A stretch of DNA of 40,719 nucleotides from an uncultured Flavobacteriales bacterium. GTDB taxonomy: Bacteria > Bacteroidota > Bacteroidia > Flavobacteriales > BACL11. Each line of letters opens with the position of its first letter. Position 1 is the stretch's first letter. The notes beneath the pieces are model-generated. The model made no database searches. It had not been told where the DNA came from and saw only the letters and a program-made list of their open reading frames with translations. The stretch spans positions 1 through 40,719 of the forward strand of contig CATMIT010000003.1 in the NCBI GenBank assembly GCA_950069165.1. Reading direction: 5' to 3'. Shown one piece after another: positions 9,696-21,093 of this stretch. A program made the translations under genes and the position numbers.

Positions 9696-11155
9696 AATCT
9701 TTAAAAGAGATACTTTATAAAGTAGAAATTATTAATGTAGTTGGCACCACCGATTTACCTATTTCCTCTGTGCATTTTGATTCCAGAAAAGTAAAAAAAC
9801 AAAGCTTATTTGTAGCGGTAAAAGGGACAATAACGGATGGTCATGAATATATCTTACAAGCCATAAAAAATGGTGCAACCGCCATTGTAGCAGAACAACT
9901 CCCTTCTAAAACTGAAAAAAATATCAGCTACATTATTGTAAAAAACTCTAGTAAGGAATTAGCAGTAATAGCTACTAATTATTTTGAAAATCCATCCGAA
10001 AAGTTAAAACTTATTGGGGTAACAGGAACAAATGGAAAAACAACCATTGTTTCTCTTTTATTCAATCTGTTTTTAGGGATGAATAAAAAGGTCGGAATGC
10101 TTTCTACAATTAATAATAAGATAAATAATGACACTATTGAAAGCACCCATACAACAGCAGATGCAGTTGAAATAAACCAGCTTTTATCTCAGATGGTTTC
10201 TGATGGATGTGAGTATTGTTTTATGGAAGTAAGTTCGCATGCAATCGACCAGAATCGTATTGTAGGACTTGCTTTTGATATCATGGTTTTTACCAATATT
10301 TCTCACGATCATCTAGATTACCATTCCACTTTTAATAAATATATAAATGCTAAAAAGAAAGTATTTAATCAGTTAAATTCTAATGCCATTGCTCTTGTAA
10401 ATAATGATGACAAGCACGGTATAAATATGCTAAGAGATACAAAAGCAAAAAAGCAAACTTATTCCTTAAAAAGCATGTCCGATTTTAAATGTAAAATTCT
10501 GGAAAATCAGTTTGATGGAATGCTTTTAAGCATTAATAATTTCGATTTATGGACTAAATTAATAGGAGAGTTTAATGCTTATAATGTTTTGGCAGTTTAT
10601 GCTGTTGGCGTTTTGCTAGAAACAGATGAAGAAAAACTCCTTGAAGGTATTAGTATGCTAAGTTCAGCAAAAGGGAGGTTTCAGAGTGTAAGAAATAAGG
10701 AAGGCGTAACGGCAATTGTTGATTATGCCCACACACCAGATGCGCTAAAAAATGTGCTTGGCACCATAAATAAAATAAGGTCAGGGAATGAAAAACTAAT
10801 TACTGTGCTTGGCTGTGGGGGAGATAGAGACAGGACAAAGCGACCAAAAATGGCAGCAATAGCTTGCGATTTAAGTACCCAAGTTATTATTACTTCCGAT
10901 AATCCCAGATCAGAAAATCCAGAGGATATTATCTCAGATATGATGGCAGGACTCAATCCTGTTCAGAAAAAGAAAACTTTGCTAATAAGCGATAGAAAAC
11001 AAGCCATCAAAACAGCTTGCACAATTTCAGAAAAAGAAGATATCATATTGGTAGCTGGCAAAGGACACGAAAAATACCAGGAGATAAAAGGAGTAAAATA
11101 TCCTTTTGACGATATGGATGAAATAAAAGAATCTTTAAACCTAATTAAAAGCTAA
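9692..11155 (+). CDS. murE: UDP-MurNAc-tripeptide synthetase (meso-DAP ligase)
   Basis: [27 protein letters not shown] (DAP-specificity motif), AGKGHE. Confidence 0.95.
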   Translation: MKSLKEILYKVEIINVVGTTDLPISSVHFDSRKVKKQSLFVAVKGTITDGHEYILQAIKNGATAIVAEQLPSKTEKNISYIIVKNSSKELAVIATNYFENPSEKLKLIGVTGTNGKTTIVSLLFNLFLGMNKKVGMLSTINNKINNDTIESTHTTADAVEINQLLSQMVSDGCEYCFMEVSSHAIDQNRIVGLAFDIMVFTNISHDHLDYHSTFNKYINAKKKVFNQLNSNAIALVNNDDKHGINMLRDTKAKKQTYSLKSMSDFKCKILENQFDGMLLSINNFDLWTKLIGEFNAYNVLAVYAVGVLLETDEEKLLEGISMLSSAKGRFQSVRNKEGVTAIVDYAHTPDALKNVLGTINKIRSGNEKLITVLGCGGDRDRTKRPKMAAIACDLSTQVIITSDNPRSENPEDIISDMMAGLNPVQKKKTLLISDRKQAIKTACTISEKEDIILVAGKGHEKYQEIKGVKYPFDDMDEIKESLNLIKS

Positions 11156-12393
11156 TGTTATATTACTTATTTGACTACCTACAAGAAGCGTATAATTTTC
11201 CCGGAGCGGGCGTATTTCAATATATTTCCTTTCGTTCGGCCATGGCAGTAATCACTTCCCTTTTGGTGTCCATGGTTTTTGGTGGAAAAATCATCAATTT
11301 GATACGAGAAAAACAAATAGGGGAACAGATAAGGGAATTGGGATTAGAAGGTGAAAAGCAGAAAAAAGGAACGCCAACAATGGGAGGGTTAATCATTATT
11401 GCTGCAATCCTGATTCCTACACTACTTTTTACAAAACTCGAAAATATCTACATTATCATCATGATTATCTCTACCCTTTGGATGGGCGTAATTGGCTTTA
11501 TTGACGATTATATAAAAGTGTATCGTAAAGACAAGCAGGGGTTAGCCGGACGATTCAAAATATTAGGGCAAGTTGGCTTGGGAATTATTGTAGGGCTTAT
11601 CATGGTATTTCATGCTGATATTGTTGTAAAAGAACAATTAGCGGACTCCCAAATAATTACCGAAACAAATATATCTATTGCAAACGAATATGGATTTGAG
11701 CAAGAGGCAAAACAATCCACAAAAACAACCATTCCATTTGTAAAAAATAATGAATTTGATTACAAAATACTTACAAACTGGATGGGTGACATAGCGCCAA
11801 TTGCATCCATGATTTTGTTTATACTTATCGTGATTTTGATTATTACAGCAGTATCCAATGGTGCAAATATGACGGATGGTTTGGATGGCTTGGCAACAGG
11901 AACTTCCGCCATAATAGGAGCTACTATTGCGGTATTTGCTTATGTGTCTGGTAATATTATGGCAGCCGATTATCTCAATATTATGTACATCCCAAATACT
12001 GGAGAGTTAGTGATTTTCATGGCATCTTTTGTGGGGGCTTGTGTGGGATTTTTGTGGTACAATTCCTATCCAGCACAAGTGTTTATGGGCGATACAGGAA
12101 GTTTGTCTCTCGGAGGTATAATTGCAGTAGCAGCAATCCTTATCCGAAAGGAATTATTGATACCGATTTTGTGTGGAGTTTTCCTAATTGAAAATCTTTC
12201 GGTTATTCTGCAAGTAGGTTATTTCAAATATACCAAAAAGAAATATGGGCAGGGAAAAAGAATATTCAAAATGGCGCCTTTGCACCATCATTTTCAGAAG
12301 TTGGGTTATAACGAAAGTAAAATTGTTACGCGTTTTTGGATAGTAGGTATCATGTTGGCAATACTAACTATTGTGACGCTAAAATTAAGATAG
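11155..12393 (+). CDS. mraY: Phospho-MurNAc-pentapeptide transferase
   Basis: [36 protein letters not shown]. Confidence 0.96.
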   Translation: MLYYLFDYLQEAYNFPGAGVFQYISFRSAMAVITSLLVSMVFGGKIINLIREKQIGEQIRELGLEGEKQKKGTPTMGGLIIIAAILIPTLLFTKLENIYIIIMIISTLWMGVIGFIDDYIKVYRKDKQGLAGRFKILGQVGLGIIVGLIMVFHADIVVKEQLADSQIITETNISIANEYGFEQEAKQSTKTTIPFVKNNEFDYKILTNWMGDIAPIASMILFILIVILIITAVSNGANMTDGLDGLATGTSAIIGATIAVFAYVSGNIMAADYLNIMYIPNTGELVIFMASFVGACVGFLWYNSYPAQVFMGDTGSLSLGGIIAVAAILIRKELLIPILCGVFLIENLSVILQVGYFKYTKKKYGQGKRIFKMAPLHHHFQKLGYNESKIVTRFWIVGIMLAILTIVTLKLR

Positions 12394-13719
12394 GTGGAAA
12401 AACAAATAGTGATTTTAGGTGCAGGGGAAAGTGGAGTGGGGGCAGCTATTTTAGCAAAGAAAAAGGGGTTGAAAGTTTTTGTTTCAGATAGTGGAATAAT
12501 AACTAAGGAAAATAAAAAAGTTCTTTCAAATAATGAGATAAAATGGGAGGAAGGTAAGCACACAATGGAAAAAATTCTGCAAGCAAAAGAAGTAGTAAAA
12601 AGCCCGGGAATTCCAGACGATATAGACATTATTCAAGCCATAAAATTGGCAGGAATTTCTGTTGTTTCAGAAGTGGAGTTTGCTTTTAGATACACCAAAG
12701 CAAAAGTGGTTGCCATAACAGGAAGCAATGGCAAAACCACTACTACTCTGCTTGTTGGCCACATCCTAAAAAAAGCAGGATTGGATGTGCTCATAGCTGG
12801 GAATATTGGTGTTGGTTTTGCTAGAGAAATTGCTAATAGAGATTATAGTTATATCGTTTTGGAACTGAGCAGTTTTCAATTGGATGGCATCAAAGAATTT
12901 AAGCCAAATGTAGCGATTATTCTCAACATTACTCCTGATCATTTAAACCGATATGAAAATGATTTTAGCAAATATATAGCATCAAAGTTGCGCATAACAA
13001 TGAATCAGCAAAAAGAGGATGTGCTTATTTATAATAGGGATGACAAACAGATAAAAGCTAACTTAAAAACAAAAGCAAAAGCGATACCAATTTCTATAAA
13101 TAAACAGATAGCAGGGAATGGCGCTTTTTATAAAAACAACAAAATTAATATTAACCTAAACAACAAAAAAATGACAATTCAAGAACTAGCATTACAAGGA
13201 AAACACAACATTTATAATTCAATGGCAGCAGCAATTGCCACAAGAATACTGGATATAAAAAATGATATTATCAGGCAAAGTATGCTCGATTTCCAGAACA
13301 TTGAGCACCGATTGGAATATGTGCTTACTGTTCATGGAATAGATTTTATAAATGATTCAAAAGCAACTAATGTAAATGCGGCTTGGTATGCTTTGGAGAG
13401 CATGACAAAACCAGTTATTTGGATTGTAGGAGGAGTGGATAAAGGAAACGATTATGATGAGATTTCGGAGATAGTAAAAAGCAGGGTGAAAGCCATTATT
13501 TGTTTAGGAGAATCAACCAAGAAAATACAAAAATATTTTAACAAAATAGTGGGTAAAATTGAAACGGTAAGCAGTATGGAAGAAGCAGTAAGGTCATCCT
13601 ATCAATTAGGTGATAAAGGAGATGTGGTGTTATTATCTCCAACTTGTGCAAGTTTCGATATGTTTGATAATTTCGAGCACAGAGGGCAAGAATTCAAAAA
13701 TCAGGTTAGGAAATTATAA
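12394..13719 (+). CDS. murD: UDP-MurNAc-L-Ala-D-Glu ligase
   Basis: GAGESG, KSPGIP, TGSNGKTT, ELSSFQL, NDSKATN, LSPTCASFD; GTG start. Confidence 0.95.
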   Translation: MEKQIVILGAGESGVGAAILAKKKGLKVFVSDSGIITKENKKVLSNNEIKWEEGKHTMEKILQAKEVVKSPGIPDDIDIIQAIKLAGISVVSEVEFAFRYTKAKVVAITGSNGKTTTTLLVGHILKKAGLDVLIAGNIGVGFAREIANRDYSYIVLELSSFQLDGIKEFKPNVAIILNITPDHLNRYENDFSKYIASKLRITMNQQKEDVLIYNRDDKQIKANLKTKAKAIPISINKQIAGNGAFYKNNKININLNNKKMTIQELALQGKHNIYNSMAAAIATRILDIKNDIIRQSMLDFQNIEHRLEYVLTVHGIDFINDSKATNVNAAWYALESMTKPVIWIVGGVDKGNDYDEISEIVKSRVKAIICLGESTKKIQKYFNKIVGKIETVSSMEEAVRSSYQLGDKGDVVLLSPTCASFDMFDNFEHRGQEFKNQVRKL

Positions 13720-14853
13720 ATGGATACCGTTCTAAAAAACATAAAATTAGAAGGGGACAGAACCATTTGGGTAGTGGTTTTCTTTCTGTGTATTTTCTCG
13801 GTGATTGTAGTATATAGTGCTGTAGGCATTGGCGATATTTTTAGCCATTTACTAAAACTAAGCATTGGCATAGGTGGCATGTATGTCATTCACAAATTAA
13901 AGTTCAAATACTTTTCTCGGCTTGGAGTTTTAGGGTTTTGGTTTTCGATTGCACTGCTTATTTTAGTGATGGTTATTGGGGTGAGTATTAATGGGGCTTC
14001 TCGTTGGCTTTCTATTTCAGGGCAAAGGTTTCAGCCATCCGATATTGCAAAGCTTTCTATTATATTATATACAGCTAGGCAATTAAGCAAACAAAGGGAT
14101 TTTTTAGGAGAATTTAAAGGAGTAATATGGTATATTTTAATGCCAGTTCTTCTAATTTGTATGCTGATTCTTCCTGCCAATTTTTCGACTGCTGCACTTG
14201 TTTTTGTCAATGGTTTGGTGCTGATGTTTATTGCAAAAATTAATTTGAAATATATTTTAGGAATTGTTGGAATAGCACTTTTTGGAGGATTATTATTATA
14301 CGGCACAGCCAAGTATGTGCCCCTAATGGGGGAGATTATGCCCCGTTCCACAACTTGGGTAAACAGAATTGATGGCTTTTTCTCCCCATCAGAAAATTAT
14401 AATTTGGATGAAGGATATCAATCCTATCAAGCAAAAATAGCAATACACAATGGAGGAATATTCGGGCAAGGACCAGGGAAAAGCGTGCAAAGGTATTTTC
14501 TGTATTCCAGCCATTCTGATTTTATTTATGCCATAATGGTGGAAGAATACGGAATGATAATAGGGGCATTTTTACCAATTTTACTTTATATGATTCTCTT
14601 TTTTAGGGCTGTAAAAATTGCAAACAGAAGTGAAAGTCAGTTTGGCGGATTAATTGCTTCTGGCTTGGCTTTTTCTTTGGTATTTCAAGCCATGATAAAC
14701 ATGGCAGTTGCAGTAGGGATAATGCCGGTAACTGGGCAAACTTTGCCCTTAATTAGTATGGGAGGAACTTCCATTTTATTTACCTGCATTACCATTGGTA
14801 TTATACTTAGCGTAAGCAGGGATTCAACCGACAGAAATTATGAAGCAGTTTAG
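13720..14853 (+). CDS. ftsW: SEDS peptidoglycan polymerase FtsW
   Basis: Multi-TM; GASRW, FQPSDIAK, SDFIYA, PVTGQTLPLISMGGTS. Confidence 0.92.
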   Translation: MDTVLKNIKLEGDRTIWVVVFFLCIFSVIVVYSAVGIGDIFSHLLKLSIGIGGMYVIHKLKFKYFSRLGVLGFWFSIALLILVMVIGVSINGASRWLSISGQRFQPSDIAKLSIILYTARQLSKQRDFLGEFKGVIWYILMPVLLICMLILPANFSTAALVFVNGLVLMFIAKINLKYILGIVGIALFGGLLLYGTAKYVPLMGEIMPRSTTWVNRIDGFFSPSENYNLDEGYQSYQAKIAIHNGGIFGQGPGKSVQRYFLYSSHSDFIYAIMVEEYGMIIGAFLPILLYMILFFRAVKIANRSESQFGGLIASGLAFSLVFQAMINMAVAVGIMPVTGQTLPLISMGGTSILFTCITIGIILSVSRDSTDRNYEAV

Positions 14854-15943
14854 AGTAATAATTAGTGGAGGAGGAACGGGAGGGCATATTTTCCCAGCGC
14901 TTGCTATTGCAAAGGCATTAGAGAAAAAAGTGAGCAATATTGAGATTTTATTTGTTGGAGCAACAGGGAAAATGGAAATGAGTAAAATTCCAGCAGAAGG
15001 ATATAAAATTAAAGGCTTATGGATAAGTGGTTTGCAAAGAAGGATTACCATTAAAAATTTATACTTTCCATTTAAAGTAATTAGTAGTTTGCTAAAAGCG
15101 AGAAGAATAATCAAAAAATTTAAGCCAGATATTGCAATAGGAACTGGCGGATATGCAAGTGGCCCATTACTTTATGTGGCAGCTAAAAAAAATATTCCAA
15201 CATTGGTGCAAGAGCAAAATTCATATCCGGGAATTACCAATAAAGTACTTTCCAAAGTGGTAGATAAAGTTTGTGTGGCTTACGATAATATGGAACAGTT
15301 TTTTCCAAAAAATAAAATCATTTTTACCGGAAACCCAATTAGGCAAGATGTATTGGAATTTGCCAGTAAAAAACAGCTGGGTATTTCTCATTTTAATTTG
15401 GAAGAAAATAAAAAAACAGTACTTGTAATTGGAGGTAGTTTAGGGGCAAGAACCATCAATGAGGCAATTGATGAAAACATATCTTTTTTTGTAGAAAACA
15501 ATTTGAATTTGATTTGGCAAACGGGCATTAGCTATCAGAAAAAAGCAGAAAAAAGCGTAAAAGAAAAAGCAGTAAAGGGAATAAACGCATATACTTTTAT
15601 AAAAGAAATGGATAAAGCTTATGGGGCAGCCGATATTATCATTTCAAGAGCTGGGGCAATTGCCATTTCTGAGCTCTGTTGTATTGCTAAGCCTACTATT
15701 TTAATTCCTTCTCCAAATGTATCGGAAGATCATCAAACAAAGAATGCACAAGCGGTCGTTAATAAAAAGGCAGCACTGCTGGTGAAAGACAATGAGGCAG
15801 GCAGTAAATTAGTTAATTGTTTGCAGGAACTGTATGACGATACTGTAATGCAGAAAGAGTTAATAAGAAACATCAAGAATTTGGCAGTAATGGATGCTGC
15901 TGACAAGATTGCAAATGAAGCATTGATTTTAAGTAAAAAATGA
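14840..15943 (+). CDS. murG: Lipid II GlcNAc transferase
   Basis: GGGTGGHIFP, GTGGY, EQNS, GGSLGA, SRAGA. Confidence 0.96.
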   Translation: MKQFRVIISGGGTGGHIFPALAIAKALEKKVSNIEILFVGATGKMEMSKIPAEGYKIKGLWISGLQRRITIKNLYFPFKVISSLLKARRIIKKFKPDIAIGTGGYASGPLLYVAAKKNIPTLVQEQNSYPGITNKVLSKVVDKVCVAYDNMEQFFPKNKIIFTGNPIRQDVLEFASKKQLGISHFNLEENKKTVLVIGGSLGARTINEAIDENISFFVENNLNLIWQTGISYQKKAEKSVKEKAVKGINAYTFIKEMDKAYGAADIIISRAGAIAISELCCIAKPTILIPSPNVSEDHQTKNAQAVVNKKAALLVKDNEAGSKLVNCLQELYDDTVMQKELIRNIKNLAVMDAADKIANEALILSKK

Positions 15944-17337
15944 ATTTAGATTTATACAAACATATTTATTTACTAGGTATAGGAGGCATAGGCATGAGTG
16001 CCTTGGCAAGGTATTTTAATGCACAAGGAATACAGGTGAGTGGCTATGATAAAAGCAAAACCACACTTACAGAAAAATTAGAAAAAGAAGGTATTGCTAT
16101 TCATTATAAAGATGATATAAGTCAGATAAGTGATGAGGTAAAAGAGGCAAAATTCGCAGAGATTTTGGTGATTTACACCCCAGCTATTGATGAGAATAAT
16201 ACTGAATTTCATTTTTTTAAAGAAAAAGGAATAATCCCTTTAAAGCGTTCAGAAGTTTTGGGAATAATAACGCGCCAAAGTTTTACTATTGCTATTGCAG
16301 GAACCCACGGGAAAACAACAACAGCTGCACTACTTACCCATATTTTGAAAAATTCTGAAATTGATTGTACTGCTTTTTTGGGTGGAGTTAGTAAGGATTT
16401 TAATAGTAACCTTATTTTAGCCGAAAAAGGAAATATTGTAATTGTGGAAGCGGATGAATACGATCGCTCTTTCCTTTCGCTTTATCCTGATGTGGCAGTT
16501 ATTACTTCTATAGATGAGGACCATTTGGATATTTACGAAAATAAAAAATCATTGGAGATTGCCTTCCAAAAATTTGCTTCCCAAGTAAAACAAAAAGGAT
16601 TTTTGTTGGTGCAAGCTGGCGTACAAACAGAATTTGAAAAACCAGAAGAGGGGGCTTTAGTGTCCTATTCCGCCACGGAAAAGGCAGATTATTATGCTTC
16701 CAATATTGGCATCAGCAACAATAAAACAAAATTTGATATTGGGGTTTTAGATATTCTTCCCGGGATGGCTTATAAAAAAAAGATAACCAACTTACTGATA
16801 GATATGCCAGGAAAACACAATATTGAAAATGTGTTAGCAGCATCTGCTGTGGCTTGTTTTTTGGGGGCAACTTGCGACAATGTTGAAAAAGCAATTGGTT
16901 CTTTTAAGGGGATAAAAAGAAGATTTGAAATTCATTTGCATAATGATAAGATGACATTTATTGACGATTATGCCCATCATCCTAAGGAAGTAAAAGTGAC
17001 TATACAAGCTGTAAAAGAGTTGTATGAAGGAAAGAAAGTCATGGTAATTTTCCAGCCTCATTTATTTTCCAGAACGCAGGATTTTGCAGATGAATTTGCC
17101 GAGAGTTTATCCCTATCAGATGAACTTATTTTGTTAGAGATTTATCCTGCCAGAGAAAAACCAATTGATGGAGTTACCTCACAAATGTTGGCTGAAAAGT
17201 GCACCATAAAAAATGAAGTTTGTAGCAAAGAGCAACTACTAAGCGTTCTTGAAAAAAAGGATTTTGAGGTGTTACTTACAATGGGAGCAGGGGACATAAG
17301 CACAATGGTTCAGCCTATAAAAGAATTTTATAACTGA
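15940..17337 (+). CDS. murC: UDP-MurNAc-L-alanine ligase
   Basis: GIGGIGMS, AGTHGKTT, EADEYD, DDYAHHP, FQPH. Confidence 0.96.
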   Translation: MNLDLYKHIYLLGIGGIGMSALARYFNAQGIQVSGYDKSKTTLTEKLEKEGIAIHYKDDISQISDEVKEAKFAEILVIYTPAIDENNTEFHFFKEKGIIPLKRSEVLGIITRQSFTIAIAGTHGKTTTAALLTHILKNSEIDCTAFLGGVSKDFNSNLILAEKGNIVIVEADEYDRSFLSLYPDVAVITSIDEDHLDIYENKKSLEIAFQKFASQVKQKGFLLVQAGVQTEFEKPEEGALVSYSATEKADYYASNIGISNNKTKFDIGVLDILPGMAYKKKITNLLIDMPGKHNIENVLAASAVACFLGATCDNVEKAIGSFKGIKRRFEIHLHNDKMTFIDDYAHHPKEVKVTIQAVKELYEGKKVMVIFQPHLFSRTQDFADEFAESLSLSDELILLEIYPAREKPIDGVTSQMLAEKCTIKNEVCSKEQLLSVLEKKDFEVLLTMGAGDISTMVQPIKEFYN

Positions 17338-18059
17338 TGAAAAAAGCATTTGAAATATTAAGCTGGCTTATGCTAATAGCTGTCATTGTATTGCTGATGG
17401 CTTTTTCGGTAAAAAACCAACAGCTAGTGGAATGTCAGAAATTTGAGGTTATGGTTGCAAGCAGTGAAAACCATTTTATAAACGATAAAATGATTAATGA
17501 ACTATTAAGCAATATAAACTTGCATCCATTAGGGAAAACGAGAGCAGAAATAGCAATGGATGAAATTGAAAAAAGCATTGGAAATCATACCTCCATTAAA
17601 GAGGTAAATGCCTACTTTGATATTGCTGGAAATGTATTTGTTGAGATTTTACAAAGAAGTCCAATAGCAAGAGTGGCAACCGAAAACAACTCCTTTTATA
17701 TTGATGAAAACGGCAAGCGTATGCCACTGTCAAAAGTGTATACTGCCCGCAGGCTTGTTATTACAGGAAAAGTAAATTTTCAAGAAAAAGGAGAGCTCTT
17801 TTTATTGGCTAAATTCATTAATGAGAATCCGTTTTGGAAAGCACAAATTATGCAAATTCATACAGAAGAAAATGGGGATTTAATACTAATACCAAGAGTT
17901 GGCTATCAGCAAATAGTATTTGGAAAGCCGATAAATATAGCTACTAAATTCAGTAAGTTAAAGTTGTTTTATGAAAAAGGAATTTCAGAAAGAGGATGGA
18001 ACAACTATTCACATATCAACTTAAAATTTAAAAATCAGATTGTTTGTACTAAAAAATAA
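17337..18059 (+). CDS. ftsQ: Cell division protein FtsQ/DivIB
   Basis: N-terminal TM, QRSPIAR, C-terminal FKNQIVC; located between murC and ftsA. Confidence 0.8.
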   Translation: MKKAFEILSWLMLIAVIVLLMAFSVKNQQLVECQKFEVMVASSENHFINDKMINELLSNINLHPLGKTRAEIAMDEIEKSIGNHTSIKEVNAYFDIAGNVFVEILQRSPIARVATENNSFYIDENGKRMPLSKVYTARRLVITGKVNFQEKGELFLLAKFINENPFWKAQIMQIHTEENGDLILIPRVGYQQIVFGKPINIATKFSKLKLFYEKGISERGWNNYSHINLKFKNQIVCTKK

Positions 18060-18064
18060 AAAAT

Positions 18065-19330
18065 ATGGAAAATAATTCGCCAATAATTGTAGGGCTGGAT
18101 ATAGGAACAACCAAAATAAGCGTGATGGTTGGCAGAAAAGACCAATTCGGAAAGTTGGAAATTTTAGGAATGGGAAAAGCCATTTCAGGAGGAGTATTAA
18201 GAGGTATTGTGGCCAATATCGATAAAACCGTAGAGTCGATAAAACTGGCGGTGGAGGAAGCCGAGCAAAAATCAGGAGCCGAGATTGATGAAGTTTATAT
18301 TGGCATTGCCGGCCAACACATCAAAAGTTTACAGCACAGAGGTGAAATGGTAAGAGATGATATTGAAAATGAAATTACCATTGACGATATGGAAAAGCTC
18401 AGGGAAAATATGTTCAAACTGGTAACCGTTCCTGGGGAGGAAGTAATTCATGTTATTCCCCAGGAATATACAGTGGATGGAGAAGATGGCATACAAAACC
18501 CTAAGGGAATGGCGGGTATTAAATTAGAGGCAAACTTCCATATTATTACGGCACAAGTTGCGGCAGTGCGCAACATTATAAGGTGTGTAAAAAAAGCAGG
18601 ATTAAATGCCAGGGAACTTATTTTAGAACCTTTCGCTTCCGCCATAGCAACCCTTGATAATGATGAGTTAAATGAAGGAGTAGCACTGGTTGATATTGGT
18701 GGAGGAACTACTGATGTGGCTATTTTTTTGGATGGTATTATTCGGCATACGGCAGTAATCCCTTTTGGAGGAAATATTATTACAAAAGACATTAAAACAG
18801 GGCTATCTATTTTAGAAAAACAAGCTGAACTCTTGAAGGTGAAATTTGGTTCGGCAATGCATACAAGCGATCAAGATAATGTAATGGTTTCCATCCCCGG
18901 ACTAAGAGGCAGAGAGCCAAAGGAAATATCTATTAAAAATCTGGCTGAAATAATAAGCGCTCGTATGAAAGAGATTATCGATTTGGTGTATCATGAAATA
19001 AAAGTTTCAGGTTTTGAAAATAAACTAATGACTGGAATTGTGCTAACTGGTGGCGGCTCACAGCTGAGAGCCTTGCCGCAACTAGTATCTTACATTACTG
19101 GCAAAGATGTAAGAGTAGGATTACCAAATGAACATTTAGGAAAGGAATCGCACGGAAAAGTAACAAGTCCAATGTATTCAACAGGTGTTGGGTTGGTGTT
19201 AAAAGGGTTTGAAGATTTGGAAGCCCATCTTGTAGGGAAAGACAAGGAAGATGACAAACCAACGCCAGGAGGAATATTAGTCAGATTAAAAGAACTATTA
19301 GCAGAATTTTTTGAAGAAGATGTAACATAA
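18065..19330 (+). CDS. ftsA: Cell division protein FtsA
   Basis: GLDIGTTK, DIGGGTTD, LTGGG and a C-terminal amphipathic helix. Confidence 0.96.
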   Translation: MENNSPIIVGLDIGTTKISVMVGRKDQFGKLEILGMGKAISGGVLRGIVANIDKTVESIKLAVEEAEQKSGAEIDEVYIGIAGQHIKSLQHRGEMVRDDIENEITIDDMEKLRENMFKLVTVPGEEVIHVIPQEYTVDGEDGIQNPKGMAGIKLEANFHIITAQVAAVRNIIRCVKKAGLNARELILEPFASAIATLDNDELNEGVALVDIGGGTTDVAIFLDGIIRHTAVIPFGGNIITKDIKTGLSILEKQAELLKVKFGSAMHTSDQDNVMVSIPGLRGREPKEISIKNLAEIISARMKEIIDLVYHEIKVSGFENKLMTGIVLTGGGSQLRALPQLVSYITGKDVRVGLPNEHLGKESHGKVTSPMYSTGVGLVLKGFEDLEAHLVGKDKEDDKPTPGGILVRLKELLAEFFEEDVT

Positions 19331-19367
19331 AAAAACAATCAATTATTAACTATAAAAACAATTAATC

Positions 19368-21038
19368 ATGAGTGAAAATGAAAGTTTATTCGAATTTAAC
19401 CTGCCGAAAAACCGATCCTCTATTATAAAGGTGATTGGAGTTGGTGGTGGTGGCGGTAATGCTGTTAATTACATGCACAAAAATGGCATTGAGGGTGTGG
19501 ATTTTGTAGTCTGTAATACAGATGCACAAGCCTTGGATAAAAGTGATGTTCCTACTAAAATACAATTAGGAGCAGAACTTACAGAGGGACTTGGTGCGGG
19601 TTCAAACCCTGAAATGGGTCGAAAGGCAGCAGAAGAAAGTATTGACAAAGTAAAAGAACTTTTGGATTCCAATACAAAAATGTTATTTATTACAGCTGGA
19701 ATGGGAGGAGGAACCGGAACTGGTGCAGCCCCTGTAATTGCTGAGGCGGCAAAAGAAAAAGGCATCCTAACTGTTGGAGTGGTAACCATTCCTTTTTCAA
19801 CAGAAGGAGGGAATCGGCATAAATATGCAATGCAAGGACTAAAAGAGCTCAGAAAATATGTGGATACGCTTTTGGTTATTAATAACGACAAGCTAATTGA
19901 AATTTATGGCAACTTAACTTTTACTCAGGCATTCGCAAAAGCCAATGAAGTGCTCAATACTGCAACCAAAGGTATTGCAGAAGTAATATCACAACATTTG
20001 CTGGTAAATATTGACCTTAATGATGCCAGAAGAGTATTGGAAAATAGTGGAACAGCCGTAATGGGGCAAGCAACTGCCTCTGGAGAGAATAGAGCCATTG
20101 AGGCAGTAAAAGGGGCGCTTGATTCCCCACTTCTTAATGATAATAACATTAAAGGAGCCAAGCAAGTACTTTTGAAAATTGTAACTGGTGATGGAGAGGA
20201 AGAAATTAGAATGATGGAACTTTCGGATATCAAGCAAAAAATTCAGGAGGCAGCTGGTTGTGAGGTAAATATTATTGAAGGTATAGGGATTGATCCTGAA
20301 TTAAATGGGGAAGTATGTGTGACTGTAATTGCTACTGGCTTTAATGTAAAGGTGATAAAGGATGATGTTACCGTTACATTAGATGGAGAGGCAAATATTG
20401 ATGATGTATTAAGCCAAGAAAAAGAGCAAGAAGTAATATCTCCTACAAAAGAGGATAAAGTACAGCACACTATTTTTGATAATACAGAAGAATTAGATAC
20501 AGAAGTTGAACTAGAATTGGAAATAGAAGCACTAGAAAAAGAAGTAGAGATTAAAGAAGAGGAGCAAACAAAAGAGGTAGAAGAAGTAGAATTAAATACT
20601 GAAGAAGTAGAATTATCTACTGAAATAGAGCTGGATGTAGAACCTCAGCCAGTTGTTATTGATTTGGAGGATGAGGTGGAATTACCTGATGAATTAATAC
20701 CAACATTAAAACAAGAAGAGGAAGCTACTGAAATAGAATTGGATGTTGAAAGTGAAGCAATAAATGAAAGCGAATCCCTTCCGGTAAATTTAGAGATACT
20801 AACTAATAAATCAAGGGAAAGAGAAGATAGATTAAAGAATATTTCTATGAAGCTAAGGACACCTTCTGGCTTAACTGCATTGGAAGACGAGCCAGCATAC
20901 AAGCGCGACAATGTGGACTTGGAGGAAACGCCTCATTCCTCAGAATCGGAAGTTTCTAAATATACCTTAACGGAAGGGGAGGATAACAAAACGGAAATAA
21001 AACTAAATAATTCGTTTTTGCACGATAATGTAGATTAG
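19368..21038 (+). CDS. ftsZ: Cell division protein FtsZ with long acidic linker
   Basis: GVGGGGGNA, GMGGGTGTG tubulin signature, EPAYKR and NNSFLHDNVD C-terminus. Confidence 0.97.
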   Translation: MSENESLFEFNLPKNRSSIIKVIGVGGGGGNAVNYMHKNGIEGVDFVVCNTDAQALDKSDVPTKIQLGAELTEGLGAGSNPEMGRKAAEESIDKVKELLDSNTKMLFITAGMGGGTGTGAAPVIAEAAKEKGILTVGVVTIPFSTEGGNRHKYAMQGLKELRKYVDTLLVINNDKLIEIYGNLTFTQAFAKANEVLNTATKGIAEVISQHLLVNIDLNDARRVLENSGTAVMGQATASGENRAIEAVKGALDSPLLNDNNIKGAKQVLLKIVTGDGEEEIRMMELSDIKQKIQEAAGCEVNIIEGIGIDPELNGEVCVTVIATGFNVKVIKDDVTVTLDGEANIDDVLSQEKEQEVISPTKEDKVQHTIFDNTEELDTEVELELEIEALEKEVEIKEEEQTKEVEEVELNTEEVELSTEIELDVEPQPVVIDLEDEVELPDELIPTLKQEEEATEIELDVESEAINESESLPVNLEILTNKSREREDRLKNISMKLRTPSGLTALEDEPAYKRDNVDLEETPHSSESEVSKYTLTEGEDNKTEIKLNNSFLHDNVD

Positions 21039-21069
21039 TTTTGTTTAATAGTTTTTGATTGATTGTTAT

Positions 21070-21093
21070 AAGCCCTCTTTGGAGGGCTTTTTT
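21070..21093. terminator. Intrinsic terminator between convergent ftsZ and a hypothetical gene
   Basis: AAGCCCTC-TTTG-GAGGGCTT hairpin followed by a T-run. Confidence 0.8.

Noticed and set aside
9692-17337. Absence of murF and ddl from the dcw cluster
   Set aside because: This order is usual for Bacteroidota as far as I know, and the genes are probably elsewhere in the genome.
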